A stretch of DNA of 64,000 nt, from assembly GCF_009914755.1 (NCBI RefSeq), contig NC_060932.1; one strand, given 5' to 3'. This DNA comes from the human T2T-CHM13v2.0 reference genome, Homo sapiens. Both the position numbers and the translations under genes were made by a program. The notes under the pieces are model-generated. The model did no database searches and was not told where the DNA came from. It saw nothing but the letters and a program-made list of their open reading frames with translations. How positions within the stretch are numbered: the stretch's first letter is position 1; each line of letters begins with the position of its first letter. This document shows positions 1 through 11,224 of the stretch, piece by piece.

Positions 1-676
1 TGTGTGTAAGAAACTACTTGTGAAGGGAACCATTCAGTTTCCTTCTAGGATGAGGGGCTTATTTGCATGTCAGAGTATGTGTGTTGTTTTCATACTTCCT
101 AACTCAGAAACAAGGAAGGTTTGAAAAGAGATGAAAACACGATTAGCTAGGAGCAGCATGTGGTCTCTCGGGCTAAAGATCAGACATATTTGCAATGTAG
201 TTGAGGGAGAAGAAAGTTACTGGGTATAAGAATTTTCCACAGACCTGTGCATGCATTCCAGAGACCTTCACTGAGCCACTGTTAGAAACCAGTTCATGTG
301 TTCACTACTTGAAGTACAAAGATCATAAGATTCTAGCCCCTTTCATTGCTTATTTCCTAGAGAGACAAGTGGATAAACAATACATTTTTCCCAACGGATT
401 TGTTGGAGGATAGGAATCTGGAGCTATGTCTGTACTACAGGTTCAAGATCTAGGATCCAAAGGTCAATCTACTTTTCTAGGATTTGATTTATAAAAGTCA
501 GTACATTTCCCCATTTTGCCTTGAAATCTCTAAAACGATAGCTAAAGGAATTGTAACTCAGTGTGAATGTGCTATAGAATTAAGTATTGATTGATGTTTG
601 GTTTTTTATTTCTTACTTCATTTGCTTTCACTACAGGAAAAAAAAAAAAACACTTATCAAGTGCTGTATGAGCAGA

Positions 677-794
677 GGCTGGGCGAGGGGGCTCACTCCT
701 GTAATCCTAGCACTTGTTTGGGAGGCCAAGGTGGGAGGAGCACTTAAACCAAGTTGAAGATCAGCCTGGGAAACATAGTGAGATCTCTTCTTTA
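677..794 (+). mobile_element. Alu monomer (FLAM/AluJ left-arm-like) followed by short (CA)n
   Basis: GGCTGGGCG..GGCTCACTCCTGTAATCCTAGCAC..GGGAGGCCAAGG..CAGCCTGGGAAACATAGTGAGA, no right arm. Confidence 0.8.
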
Positions 795-904
795 CACACA
801 CACACAAATAGGTATATAAAGAGAGAGGAGACTGTGACTAATTAACTTGGTTGTTTGGAAAAGGAATCATGGAAATGCGATATTTGAATTCTGCATAAGA
901 TATT

Positions 905-1349
905 GTGTTAGTTAGTTATTGCAATGAAACAAATTACCCCAAAACTTAGTGTCATGAATGTTGGTCATCTACTCTCAGACAGGCTTGCACATATAACCTT
1001 GTAAGCTGGAGGGATTGCTGAGGAATGGCTGGGCTAGGATAGAGTCAGCTGAGAAGACTCAGCTGTTCTCTGTATCATTTCTCATCCTCTAGCAGTCATG
1101 ACCTTTTCATCGTGATGGGGAAAAAGGCCCACATGATAGCTAAAGCGTTCAAGAGTTCTCAAGGCCCAGACTTGGGACTAACATCACATCACTCCTGCCA
1201 CATCCTATTACTAAATGCAACTCTTCAGGCTACTCTGACTCAAGGGGTGAGAAAATAGATTCCAACTCTTTATGAAAACTGCCTAGACTCATCGCACTGT
1301 GTGGCTTGACAGAGGTAATTAATTAAATGTGTTATTTCAATCAATCCAT
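905..1349. mobile_element. MLT1-family (ERVL-MaLR) LTR remnant
   Basis: MLT1-like motifs ACAAATTACCCCAAAACTTAGTG and CATCACTCCTGCCACATCCTATT...GACTCAAGGGGTGAGAAAATAGATTCCAACTCTT. Confidence 0.55.
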
Positions 1350-2297
1350 TTGATAAGTAGGTAAATATTTAAGTAGGTAGATAGGAGCACAGACAGGCAG
1401 ACTGGTAGATATGTGTCTGAACAACAGACTGTTACATAATCTATTGCATGGATAGATTATAACATAATATATATTTACATTTCTTCCGAAGGTTGGGTTT
1501 TCCCCCTAAGGAATATTACAAGGCTATAAATCAGTATAAAAAGAAAGCAATGATCATGTTATGTAAAATCTATAGTTATTGGAGTGTATCACCACTTTTT
1601 ATTTTTATACATTGCCTTTGGTATTGTTTGGTTGTGATGTTTTCAAAAAATAAACAAATGTAAGTTTAAAAAAGAAAAGGGATGAAAAGTTTTGTTTACT
1701 TGTCTTTTATTATAACTTGTCCCTTATCAAAATCTGTATGAGCTTGTTTTTTGGATGATCTTTTTTGAAGTATTTATGCTATCTGAAATCTACCCAGGAG
1801 GACCCCAGAGAGAACTTCAAAGAGGTTAAATGGTTCTCACTTCCAAAAAGTTGACTGAGAATGTTTTCACCACACTTGAGTGGCATTTTTATTTAGTCTG
1901 ACAAAAGTGCAAGTTTTATGGTATTTACAAAAGTGCAAAAATTTGCTCTTGGGGAGCTGGGGAGTATGCCTCTAAAAAGCAGATAGTCACCCTCCTGAGA
2001 GGCTGAAAATTTAATATTACAAGAGGTTTGTGATGCTGACACACACATATTAAGATACTGTGGATAGAGGAAATGAATAGTGGTTGTAAATATAAGCCCA
2101 TAGGGAGAATCACCAGTAAAAGTTGCACGTATGGATTTGAAATCAGGCTATCTCTCACTTAGGAAACTCTATGTAATGGATCACGGAGAGAATAACAGTA
2201 TAATAGCATTCAACCATCACAATAAGTGGTTAATAGTTAATGATTCTTCCTAGCAGAGTAGGCTAGCAAAATTCCTCTTTGACTACAGGCCATCTTA

Positions 2298-2351
2298 TTC
2301 TCTCTCTCTCTCTCTCTCTCTGTGTTTCTCTCTCTCTCTCTCTCTCTCTCT
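2298..2351. repeat. (CT)n microsatellite, interrupted
   Basis: Two CT runs separated by GTGTTT. Confidence 0.95.
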
Positions 2352-3437
2352 TTCATACACCTCTCTCCATACACAAAGGCCATATATTTAGAAGCATAAA
2401 AGTAAGCAGGTACTTTAGGCTGATATTTGCATTGATTTGACTCTTCTTCCACCAAAAATAATTCAAATGATGGAAAAAGTATATCCATGAAGCTAGTCAT
2501 ATAACATAAAAATTAAAAATACACTAAATGTCATAAAATAAAGATATGACAAATTATGTTACCTCCACATGATGGAGTTATATGCAGCTTTTACAAGTGA
2601 TTATAAAGACTATATAACACATAGAAAATCTTACAGATTGTGTTAAATTGCAAAGGCTTGGTAAAAATTGTAAGTATACTGTGTTAATCAGTGGGGAGAT
2701 GGCACATTGTAAAAAGTTAAGAGAAAATACAATAAAATTATAATGTAATTGGTAAGAATGTGTCAGATTGTTTTCTTCATTCCATTCCATTTTTCTTCAT
2801 AGTTATCTTATTGGTTTTTATGATAAAATGCATTTATAAATAAAAATAATCACATACTATTCTTTCTGCAAAAGAAAGTGAAGATGATGAAAAGTGAAGA
2901 TAGTAAAAATAATGAAGTGAAGGTAATGAAAGCATAAGAAATGCAGATCAGAGTGCATGGGGGAATGTTTACAATGAAATCTGGTTCTATGCCTTTACTT
3001 TTGTTTTTGCCAGACTATGAATAGTTTTAGTAATTTTACACATTAATAGCTATCCCATTAATTACACTAAAAAGTTAGAATTGTGAAGGCATACAAGGTG
3101 CACCTCTGTAAAAATAAATTCTTTATTGCAACATTGAAAACGTGGAAATATATAAGTATATTTTTTAAAAGCCACTCTTAAGGGAAATAACTACAATATT
3201 AAGGCTCTCATGCCTATAAATAACAAATATTTCTGAAATCTGAAGAGCAAAGACACTATTTGGTTTAGTTTTGTATGTGCAGCAATTATCATACAGCTTT
3301 ATTCTTTGGTTGTTCAATTCTGAACTATTTACTAAGCATCTACAATCTTCTGGTGCATTGTTCTAGTACAGGAGACACTCAAGGCACAGAAGGTCTTTGG
3401 TTTCATGCAGCTTGTATTATACAGGGAGATGATTTTA

Positions 3438-4545
3438 TTGAATGCTTTTTCTGTGTCTATGATTTTTGTTTTTAATTTTGTTTATGTAGTGACTCACATG
3501 TATTGATTTGTGTATGCTGATCCAACCTTGCACCCCAGGAATGAAACCCACTAAATTGTGATGAATTATCTTTTTGAGGTGCTGCTAGATTCAGTTTGCT
3601 AGTGTTTTGTTGAGGATTTTTGTGTCTGTATTCATCAGGGATATTGGCCTATAGTTTCTTTTTATTGTTATGTCCTTGCCAGCTTTTGGTATCAGGATGC
3701 TATAGTGGTTTTGTAGACTGAGTTAGGATTGAATTGCTCCTCCTCAGTTTTTTTGAAGTTTCAGTAAGATTTGTACCAGCTCTTCTTTGTACATCTGGTA
3801 GAATTTGGCTGTGAATTCAACCAGTCCTGGGGTTTTTCTGGTTGGTAGATTTTTTTTTTATTACTGATTTCCAAGCTGTTCCACAAACTACTATGTTTTC
3901 TAAGATTTGTACACTGTGTAGAGTGGACTAGAGGGGAATTGTATCCTAATTTTTTTAAAGAGGGATTGAATGAGCCAGTTTAGGATTCACAGTAATGATG
4001 CTAGGTTACTATATTTTCTTGTGCACATAACCCTTCATATATTGTTTTGATTATTTATGTTCACATTTTACTGTGTTTACATTTTTAAAATCATGGCAAT
4101 TTAAATTAAGAATTTAAAAAATACATTTAATTTTGTAACTTCTTATTGGTCTGCTCAGGTTTTCAATTTCTTCCTGGTTCAGTCTTGGGAGGTTGTTTTT
4201 CCAGGCATTTATCCATTTCCTCTGGGTTTTCTAGTTTGTGCACATAGAGGTGTTCATAGTCATCTCTGAGGATCTTTTATATTTCTGTGGTATCAGTTGT
4301 AGTGTCACTTTTGTCATTTTTTATTGTGTTTAGTTTAATTTTCTTTCTTTTTGCCTTAGCTAATCTAGCTAAGAGTCTATCAATTTTGTTTACACTTTCA
4401 AATAACCAATTTTTAGTTTTGTTGAATCTTTGAATGGTTTTGGGGTCTAGTTTTATTTAGTTCTGCTCTGATCTTTGTTATTTCTTTTTTCCTATTAGTT
4501 TTATTCTTGTTTTTCTAGTTCCTTTGGATGTGACATTAGGTTGTT
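3438..4545 (-). mobile_element. Old primate L1 ORF2 fragment (L1PB/late L1PA-like), split by a 260 bp insert
   Basis: Antisense ORF2 motifs TTGAGGATTTTTGTGTCTGTATTCATCAGGGATATTGGCC, TCTGGTAGAATTTGGCTGTGAAT, TTATTGGTCTGCTCAGG. Confidence 0.85.
3869..4130 (+). repeat. Dispersed direct duplicate of 7474-7747 (derived copy)
   Basis: Shared blocks TGTTCCACAAACTA, CACTGTGTAGAGTGGACTAGAGGGGAATT, GAGGGATTGAATGAGCCAGTTTAG, ATTCACAGTAATGATGCTAGGTTACTA. Confidence 0.95.
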
Positions 4546-5892
4546 GAGAAATAACAAAAAAATCATACACCAATAATTTCTGATTGTGATGATGCTTTCT
4601 TTAAAGATATTAAAACAAATTGGTGGACAGATAGAGACTGCAGACCCATTAAATTAGCTAGTCAGAAGAACCCTCTTTGAAAATGAGATGTTTGACCTGA
4701 GATCACAAGGGAAAACGAGGGGGTAGCCATGTAAAGATCTAGGAATAATATTTCAGATTGTGGGAATGGGAATGGCACAGGCAGAGTCCAGTGTGAAAAC
4801 CCAGAATGCCAGTGATCAAGAAGGAAAGAGTAATAAAATAAGAATCAGACAGGCAAAGCTAGACATGGCCCCAAGTGCATTAGAAAACCTTGGAGGGTTA
4901 GGCTATAGCATGATAGGGCATGGTTCATGTTGTCATAAATTCATTCCTACAGCTGTGCAGGGAAAGGATTCCACAGGGAAAACATGCCACAATGAAATAA
5001 ATTAGTAAACTGCATTAGTACTGACAAGAAACTCTAGCAGCCTGAACTAGAATGAAAAAGTTATATTGGAAGAAGTCCATGGATTTGGAACCTACGTTAG
5101 TAACAGGAGCAACAGTCTTTGTTGACTCTGTGGAGATGGTGGGTAATGAGAGAATATAAATATTGAGATAACTAGTTGGTTGTGATCTTTAAGCAGGTGT
5201 GTAATGATGCAATATTTGATACAGACATGGTCAGAGAAAGTTTTTCTGTGATGGTGATCAAGAATGTTGTTTTGGATATGTTAAGTTTGAGATCTCTAGT
5301 AAGTATTCAGGTAGAGATGTCAAATATATAACTTGTGTCCCTTTCTCTCCATATGAGTATCTTTAGCTCAATGGATAGGTAAGGACTCCCTACAGATTTG
5401 GATGTCAATGTCATATAAATGATATTTAAAGCAACGGGAATGAATGAAATTATATAAGCATATAATACAGATAAGTTCTGCGGAAATAATTTCTGTGGAA
5501 TTCCAATAATGAGAAGTAGGAGCAAATAAGCTGTTATCAAGAAAGGCTGAAGAAAAATGGCCATTTGTGTGAATGAGTCACAGTGGCCAAAAGAAGAGTG
5601 TTTCAAAAAATAGAAAGTCATTGAATGCGTCAAAGGCAGCCTGCAAGTCAGGTAAGATGAGTTAAATATAGTGAGGGCCAAATTATGACTGATGATGGTT
5701 TTGGAGATAGAGAACGCATTGGTATCTTAATAGAGAAGCTAATTAGATGTCTCTAAAGAAAAAATGGTATACTAGAAGGTGAAAAAAACAGCTCTCTGAA
5801 GACCACTTTAGATAATTTTTCCAAGAATTTTCTTCTGCTAATATTGAACACCAACTGGAAGTATCAAAGTAATATTTATTTCTTTTTAGAAA

Positions 5893-5969
5893 TACATACA
5901 CACACATTTATAGGCACACATGCACAGACACACATACTTGCGCACACACACATACACAGACACACACAC
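5893..5969. repeat. Degenerate (CA)n repeat
   Basis: Interrupted CACA runs. Confidence 0.8.
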
Positions 5970-7473
5970 GTATATTTTAAGAAGGAGGCTACTGAAATAT
6001 ATATGTATACTTATTAGAAAGGGGTATAGCTACTAGGCAATTAAAAACTATTTTATACCCTAGGCCAAATTGGCAGCATATCCTATGAGGATTTTTTTTC
6101 CCAGTGGTTAGCAACTTGCTTCTATGAATGATTTGTTGAGCTGTGAAGGGATTTCCATAGTAGTGAAATCTTGTGTGTGGAATTTCCACATATATGTATA
6201 CAAATTTTATCTACACCACACTTCAAATACAGCCATATTTACTGCTTGATGTTAATGAACAATAAAAATTCTCTGCAGCACTGTTCCTGTCAGAGAGGCA
6301 TGGAGAGATCTTCTAGAGAGTGTGCCATCTGTCACATATGGACAAAACCTTGATCCAGGTGCTATTTATTAACTCTACTAAATAAGTTGCATTATTTTCA
6401 TTTTAAAGTGAATAGACTCAAAAAGATTAAGTAATTTATCCAAGTGGCAGAAAGTAGCACTCTTTGTCAAGTAAGTCGGTATTCAACTTCAGAATTTTTG
6501 TGAATAGAAAAAACAGAAATACAGAAGAAAATGCTTAGGGAACTACTCTCTAAAATGAAATGTCTCTCCTAGGCAGTTGCAGTTAACAGTATCCAATTTT
6601 CTAAGCTTCTCTGGCAGCCACTTGTTACCTCCCGCAAAAGAAAAATTAAACTAATCTGAGGGACAGATTTTTGTACCTCAGTCATTTGAGTACAAATTTC
6701 CATCTACTTTTGCCTGCTACTGAGGTTAACTAAGTTCGACTTATACAAGTGCAAACACCCATGAAGTCCTCAAGATTTATCTGACCACAATTCAGCAAAA
6801 TAGAACTCCTTAGCTGAGTAGAGGTATGATTGAGTAAGGGATCTTATATTCAAAGGGGGCAAAAGAAAATACAACTCAGTAACATTTCATCTGAAAACCC
6901 ATAGAAGGAGATTTTAAAATAGGATCACTGTTCCAATTCAGAAATAATTGGTAATAGATATGTAATATTTATTTGTACTTGGACACAATTTAAAAAAGCA
7001 GCTCAAAATTATACTGAAGATGTTAAAACTGTTAATTGAAAAGGGTTCAGATATGGGTATAGGCCTATTACAGCTCTATATCTATTAGGAAACATGAAGT
7101 AAACACAGAAATAATTAGAAATATATATTAACAAAAAATAGAACCTTTAAATGGAACCACCAGTTTTTCAATTGAGGTCTAAAAATTGTGAGCAAATGAT
7201 ACTCCACAGATGATAGGTGCTACTACCTATTTTTGTAGAAATATACAAGATATACAAAGTTTTTACATATGTTGATTTTTGCATATGACAGTTTATGAGG
7301 CTGGCAAAAATTATGATTATTATCACCATTTTACATATAGTAATGAGATGTGAAAATAGGAGGCTTCCGGAAGTGACACAGCCAACGTTTCACATAGTGT
7401 ATAATGACGATTCATTTAGATCATATTGTATGGCGGTTTCAACTTACATTTCAAACTTCCTGACCCAAAGGAC

Positions 7474-7747
7474 TTCCAATTGTTTACAAAATGTTCCACA
7501 AACTATTATGTTTTCTAAGATTTTTGCACTGTGTAGAGTGGACTAGAGGGGAATTATATCCTAGTTTTATAGAGAGGGATTGAATGAGCCAGTTTAGAAT
7601 TCACAGTAATGATGCTAGGTTACTACATTTTCTTGTGCATATAATGCTTCATGTATTGTTTTGATTATTTATATTCACATTTTACTATATTTACATTTTT
7701 AAAATCATGGCAACTTAAATTAAGAATTTTTTTAAAAAATCATTTAA
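7474..7747 (+). repeat. Donor copy of the 3869-4130 duplication
   Basis: Same blocks as 3869-4130, here not inside L1. Confidence 0.9.
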
Positions 7748-8649
7748 AATAGACTTTGGAAAATCTGCTCCCGGGGTGAAATTTCTTAACATAATTCTTT
7801 AATTCACCTCAGCTTATTTGTCCCTTGGTTTTTTTATGTTGTACTTCATTTATATTCATTTGTAGCATCAGATGTTAGGCGGTATTTAATTTTCATCATC
7901 TTGATTTCCATAACTGGTTATACAACTTGATGAGAAAAAATATAAAGTGGATTTTGCTTCTTGAAGAAAAGACATCAAACTATCATAATCATACTGGGAC
8001 TGTCAGTTCACATTAATCAACTGTTTCTGTTTTCTTTTACTGGCAGGACAGAGGGAGGGGGATAGAAAGATTGAGAGAGACCGCATAAAACTCAATCAGT
8101 GCTCAGGAAGAAAAGAATCTGTTCTTCTAGGTCTGAATAATCAAGTGCATATGTTTTTAATTAGCAACATCTTTGTACTCTGTGCTTCATTTAAATGCTC
8201 TTATTTGGTGTGTTGATTTTCTGTGGTTATTCATGTTTCCGTATGTCCTGATAAAATAATTTAAACAATCAATTAAATCAACCTTAGTAAGCATAGAATT
8301 AAATACAGCAGAGAAAAGCTTCTTTGCTGACAAGGACGGATAGCCCCTGATTAGCATAACCCTCACACGGGGGGTTTGTTTTAATCATCTAACAAAAAGG
8401 GGGCATTTTCTGAAACACACACGACAGGTATTGTTTCTGCAGAAAAAAGAAGCACGTGTTTCACCACATTTGTCTAAGGAAAAGGGAAACTTCATTTACC
8501 ATAACCTTAAGCAACGTTTTCACATGGACTGAAAAGCAAAAGACCCCCTTAAAAATTAGCCTCAAGCAGCAGATACTCTCTTTTTAGGTTTGTGTGTCTC
8601 CGTGAGGTCAGATGGATTCCCCAAACACGGTTTTAGAGAGAATCACAAC

Positions 8650-10870
8650 CTTTAATAGATCCTCTGTTAAAAAAGACTGTTAGAGAAAGTTGACCAAGGG
8701 CTTCGTTCCACGGCGACCGTTTCCTGCGTGTGCAGCTCCACACAGCGACCGCGGCCTGCAATGTGCGGAGCACAGCGCGGCCCCTTCCAGCCGGAGCTCG
8801 CGAGCCGCGGTGGCGGCTGGTGGCCACCCCAGGGAAATAAAGCCGTTGCTGCTGCAGCAAAATGGCTCAAAGTCCAACCAAAGTCTGGCCTTTTCCTGTG
8901 AGTAAATACGCGGCCTGTTTGGTTTTCCGTCCCGAGTGATTCCCGGCTCAGTAACGTTTCTCCTCCAGGGAGCCCACTGGAACTCCACTGGCTGTGCCGC
9001 CTCCTCGCCCGTCCCCCGCGCGAGCCGCAGGCCGGTGCTTGGAGAGCGCAATGTCCCCGGGAGGGAAGATCCCCTACCTGGAATGGATGGTTCCAGACCA
9101 GCGGGAACACGCTCTAATCCTTGATGGAAGCAAGCGTGGGAGGAAAGCACAACGTCTAGGACTTCCCTCTAGTGTCAGAACAGGAAGAAGAACCTGAGAA
9201 GTCGCCGGGGAAGGGAGGCCAGGAGCAGGCGTCCGGCCCCTTCCCACAGCCCGGGAGAAATTAGTGTTGCGCCCCGCCCCTCCCGGACCCCCGTCCCCAC
9301 CACACACACCAGCGCCCCTCACCAGTCTTTCTCGAATTTCCTCTCATGTCTATCAATAACCTCCTTGTGCAGAAATCTACACTGCACAAGTTAGGAGTCT
9401 GCAAGGGCGGGCGGTGTTACAGTCTCGCTCTTTCCATTTTCCCCTTTTACTCCACATAGTTTCAAAGGTCCACATGGCCCTGGTTTTGACCAGTTTTCCA
9501 ACAGTTTCAACGTTATGTATTTCAACTTCCCGTCTCAGTTCACTGGCGTCTGCACCCGTTGCCGAGTGTGGGTGGCTGAGCCCTGGGTGACAGCACTCGG
9601 GACCACGCACCCATACCCTTCTTTATGCTCGTTGTCAGCCAGTTGCCAAGAGCGGGAGTGAAGAGCCTGCAAGGCCCGGGAGAGCGCGGATTCCGGAGTA
9701 GGGAGGCGAGGGGGCAGCGTGGGAGACCAGAGGGAAAATGGGCTGAAAAGCCAACAAAAAAAACAACGTAAATTGGGCTTTGCTCTGGCTTTACAAAGGC
9801 AGAGATTGTCGAGCCCTCTGACTGTCTTTGTGCCTTCTTTATCCCGTCCTTTGTGAAATAAGCCGTTTTCTGCCCCCACTGCAGGAGCCTAGGCTGTGGG
9901 CGACTCGCTAGCACTGCCCTGGGCCTCCAAGCTGCCTGCTCGCTGAGCTCAGCGCTGACACTCACAGGAGCTGCGTTCGCCGGATCCTCTGAGAGGCTCT
10001 GCAACGATCCCGATCCAATTCAGCAGCGTTTTAAAAGGTAGCCGAGTGCAGATGCTTTTTCCTGTCTTTTTCATTCTTTCATTCTCTGTCTTTTAAAATT
10101 TTAACAATAACCTATCGTTTCCGCGTGGAGGGTCTAAGAATCTTCACTGGGTTTAATTTAGGAATTTCAAATTGGGTTTCTCAAAATTTGAATGTGGTCC
10201 CCTTAATTGGTAATCAAGATTGCGGAGTTTTCCAAAATATCCCTTTTCATCTTATGTAATTAAAGATCCACGAGCTTTCCAAAGAAGCTCTGGATTTTCC
10301 ACGGTACAAATCTATATATTTTTTCTCTCTCTTCCTCTCTCTCTCTCTCTGCCTCTCTCGTGCGTGTATGTGCGCGCCCCTGTGCGTGCGTTTTCTTTCA
10401 TTTCTGGCATTAGGAAACTCGTGCAGGGCCACTGAAAAGTCAGGGGAGGCTCAGATGTTATTTCCCACGGATTCCTGTTTTTCCAGAAACGTTGTCACCA
10501 AATAAGTATGAGACTGTTAATTTGGAGAAACAATTAGCCCCTACAAAAAAAAAAAAGAAAGAAAAAAGAAAAAAAAAAGAACCGGAGGGGAGAAGGCTAG
10601 GGCGGAAGACAAGGAAGCTGCTGCTTGGATTCGCTGGTGGAGGAAAGTGCGACCTGGACCTGCGCTTAGGGGCTCCCGTCCCCTTACTTCAGCACCAGAG
10701 GGGATGGACAGCGTCTCCGGACTGAGCTGCAGCCACAGGGACGGAACTACGCTGCCGCCGCCGCTGTCCTTGCCGCCACTGTCGTCGCCACGGGCAGCTG
10801 GGCTACTTGCTCCTCGCAGCTAAAAGGCGGTGCCTCCTATTACCCCCTCGCCTCCCGGCCCCCTTCCTTA
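8650..10870. promoter_or_regulatory. CpG island promoter (bipartite: ~8650-10030 and ~10580-10870)
   Basis: Abrupt rise in GC and CpG density against an AT-rich background. GC box GCCCCGCCCC at 9271-9280 and GCC repeats at 10753-10763. Confidence 0.9.
10688..10715 (+). promoter_or_regulatory. Non-canonical (split) RE1/NRSE REST-binding motif
   Basis: Left half TTCAGCACC, 9 bp spacer AGAGGGGAT, right half GGACAGCGTC. Canonical is TTCAGCACCnnGGACAGCGCC. Confidence 0.7.
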
Positions 10871-11224
10871 ATGGATGAAAAGTACCCCTCCCTCTACACC
10901 TGCTGTACCTAAGGACAGGACTCTGAGGAGTACTCTTGCTCCACAGATTAAACTCTCAGCAGCAACTTCAAGAATCATTTTTCTATAGGGGTCTGGGAGG
11001 AATTCTGGAGGAGAGTAAAGTCGAAGTTCTTAGAAGCTCTGAGAAATCATGGGCCGTGCGGTAGGGGTTGAAATGCTCAAAGGTCCACACTTCTTGAAAT
11101 AAACAGAATGGTCTTGAGTGGATTGCAACTGTTTTGGAAATAGCTTTGTGAAAAGAGGGTGGAGAGCTACTCAAAATTCTACGTTAGAGAGACTGAAAAG
11201 ACATCTAATTTCATTGCTCGGCAG
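10700..11224 (+). other. Non-coding first exon (5' UTR) of a large, probably neuronal gene; 5' boundary uncertain
   Basis: Lies at the 3' edge of the CpG island and ends at consensus donor GCAG|GTAAGT (11224/11225). All ATG frames I traced (10871, 10875, 11049, 11108) stop before the donor. Tentative, unverified recollection: CDH20 exon 1. Confidence 0.7.

Larger units (their letters stand above)
3310..5830 (-). mobile_element. L2 LINE remnant, interrupted by an L1 at ~3438-4545
   Basis: Antisense L2 3'-end-like text at 3310-3431 (TATTTACTAAGCATCTAC..TGTTCTAG..GCAGCTTG) resumes after 4545 with typical L2 motifs (TTTTGGATATGTTAAGTTTGAG, CAGGTAGAGATGTC). Confidence 0.6.

Noticed and set aside
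8633-10004. Cluster of overlapping 60-156 aa ORFs
   Set aside because: Expected from stop-codon scarcity in a CpG island; present in several frames on both strands with no protein-like signature.
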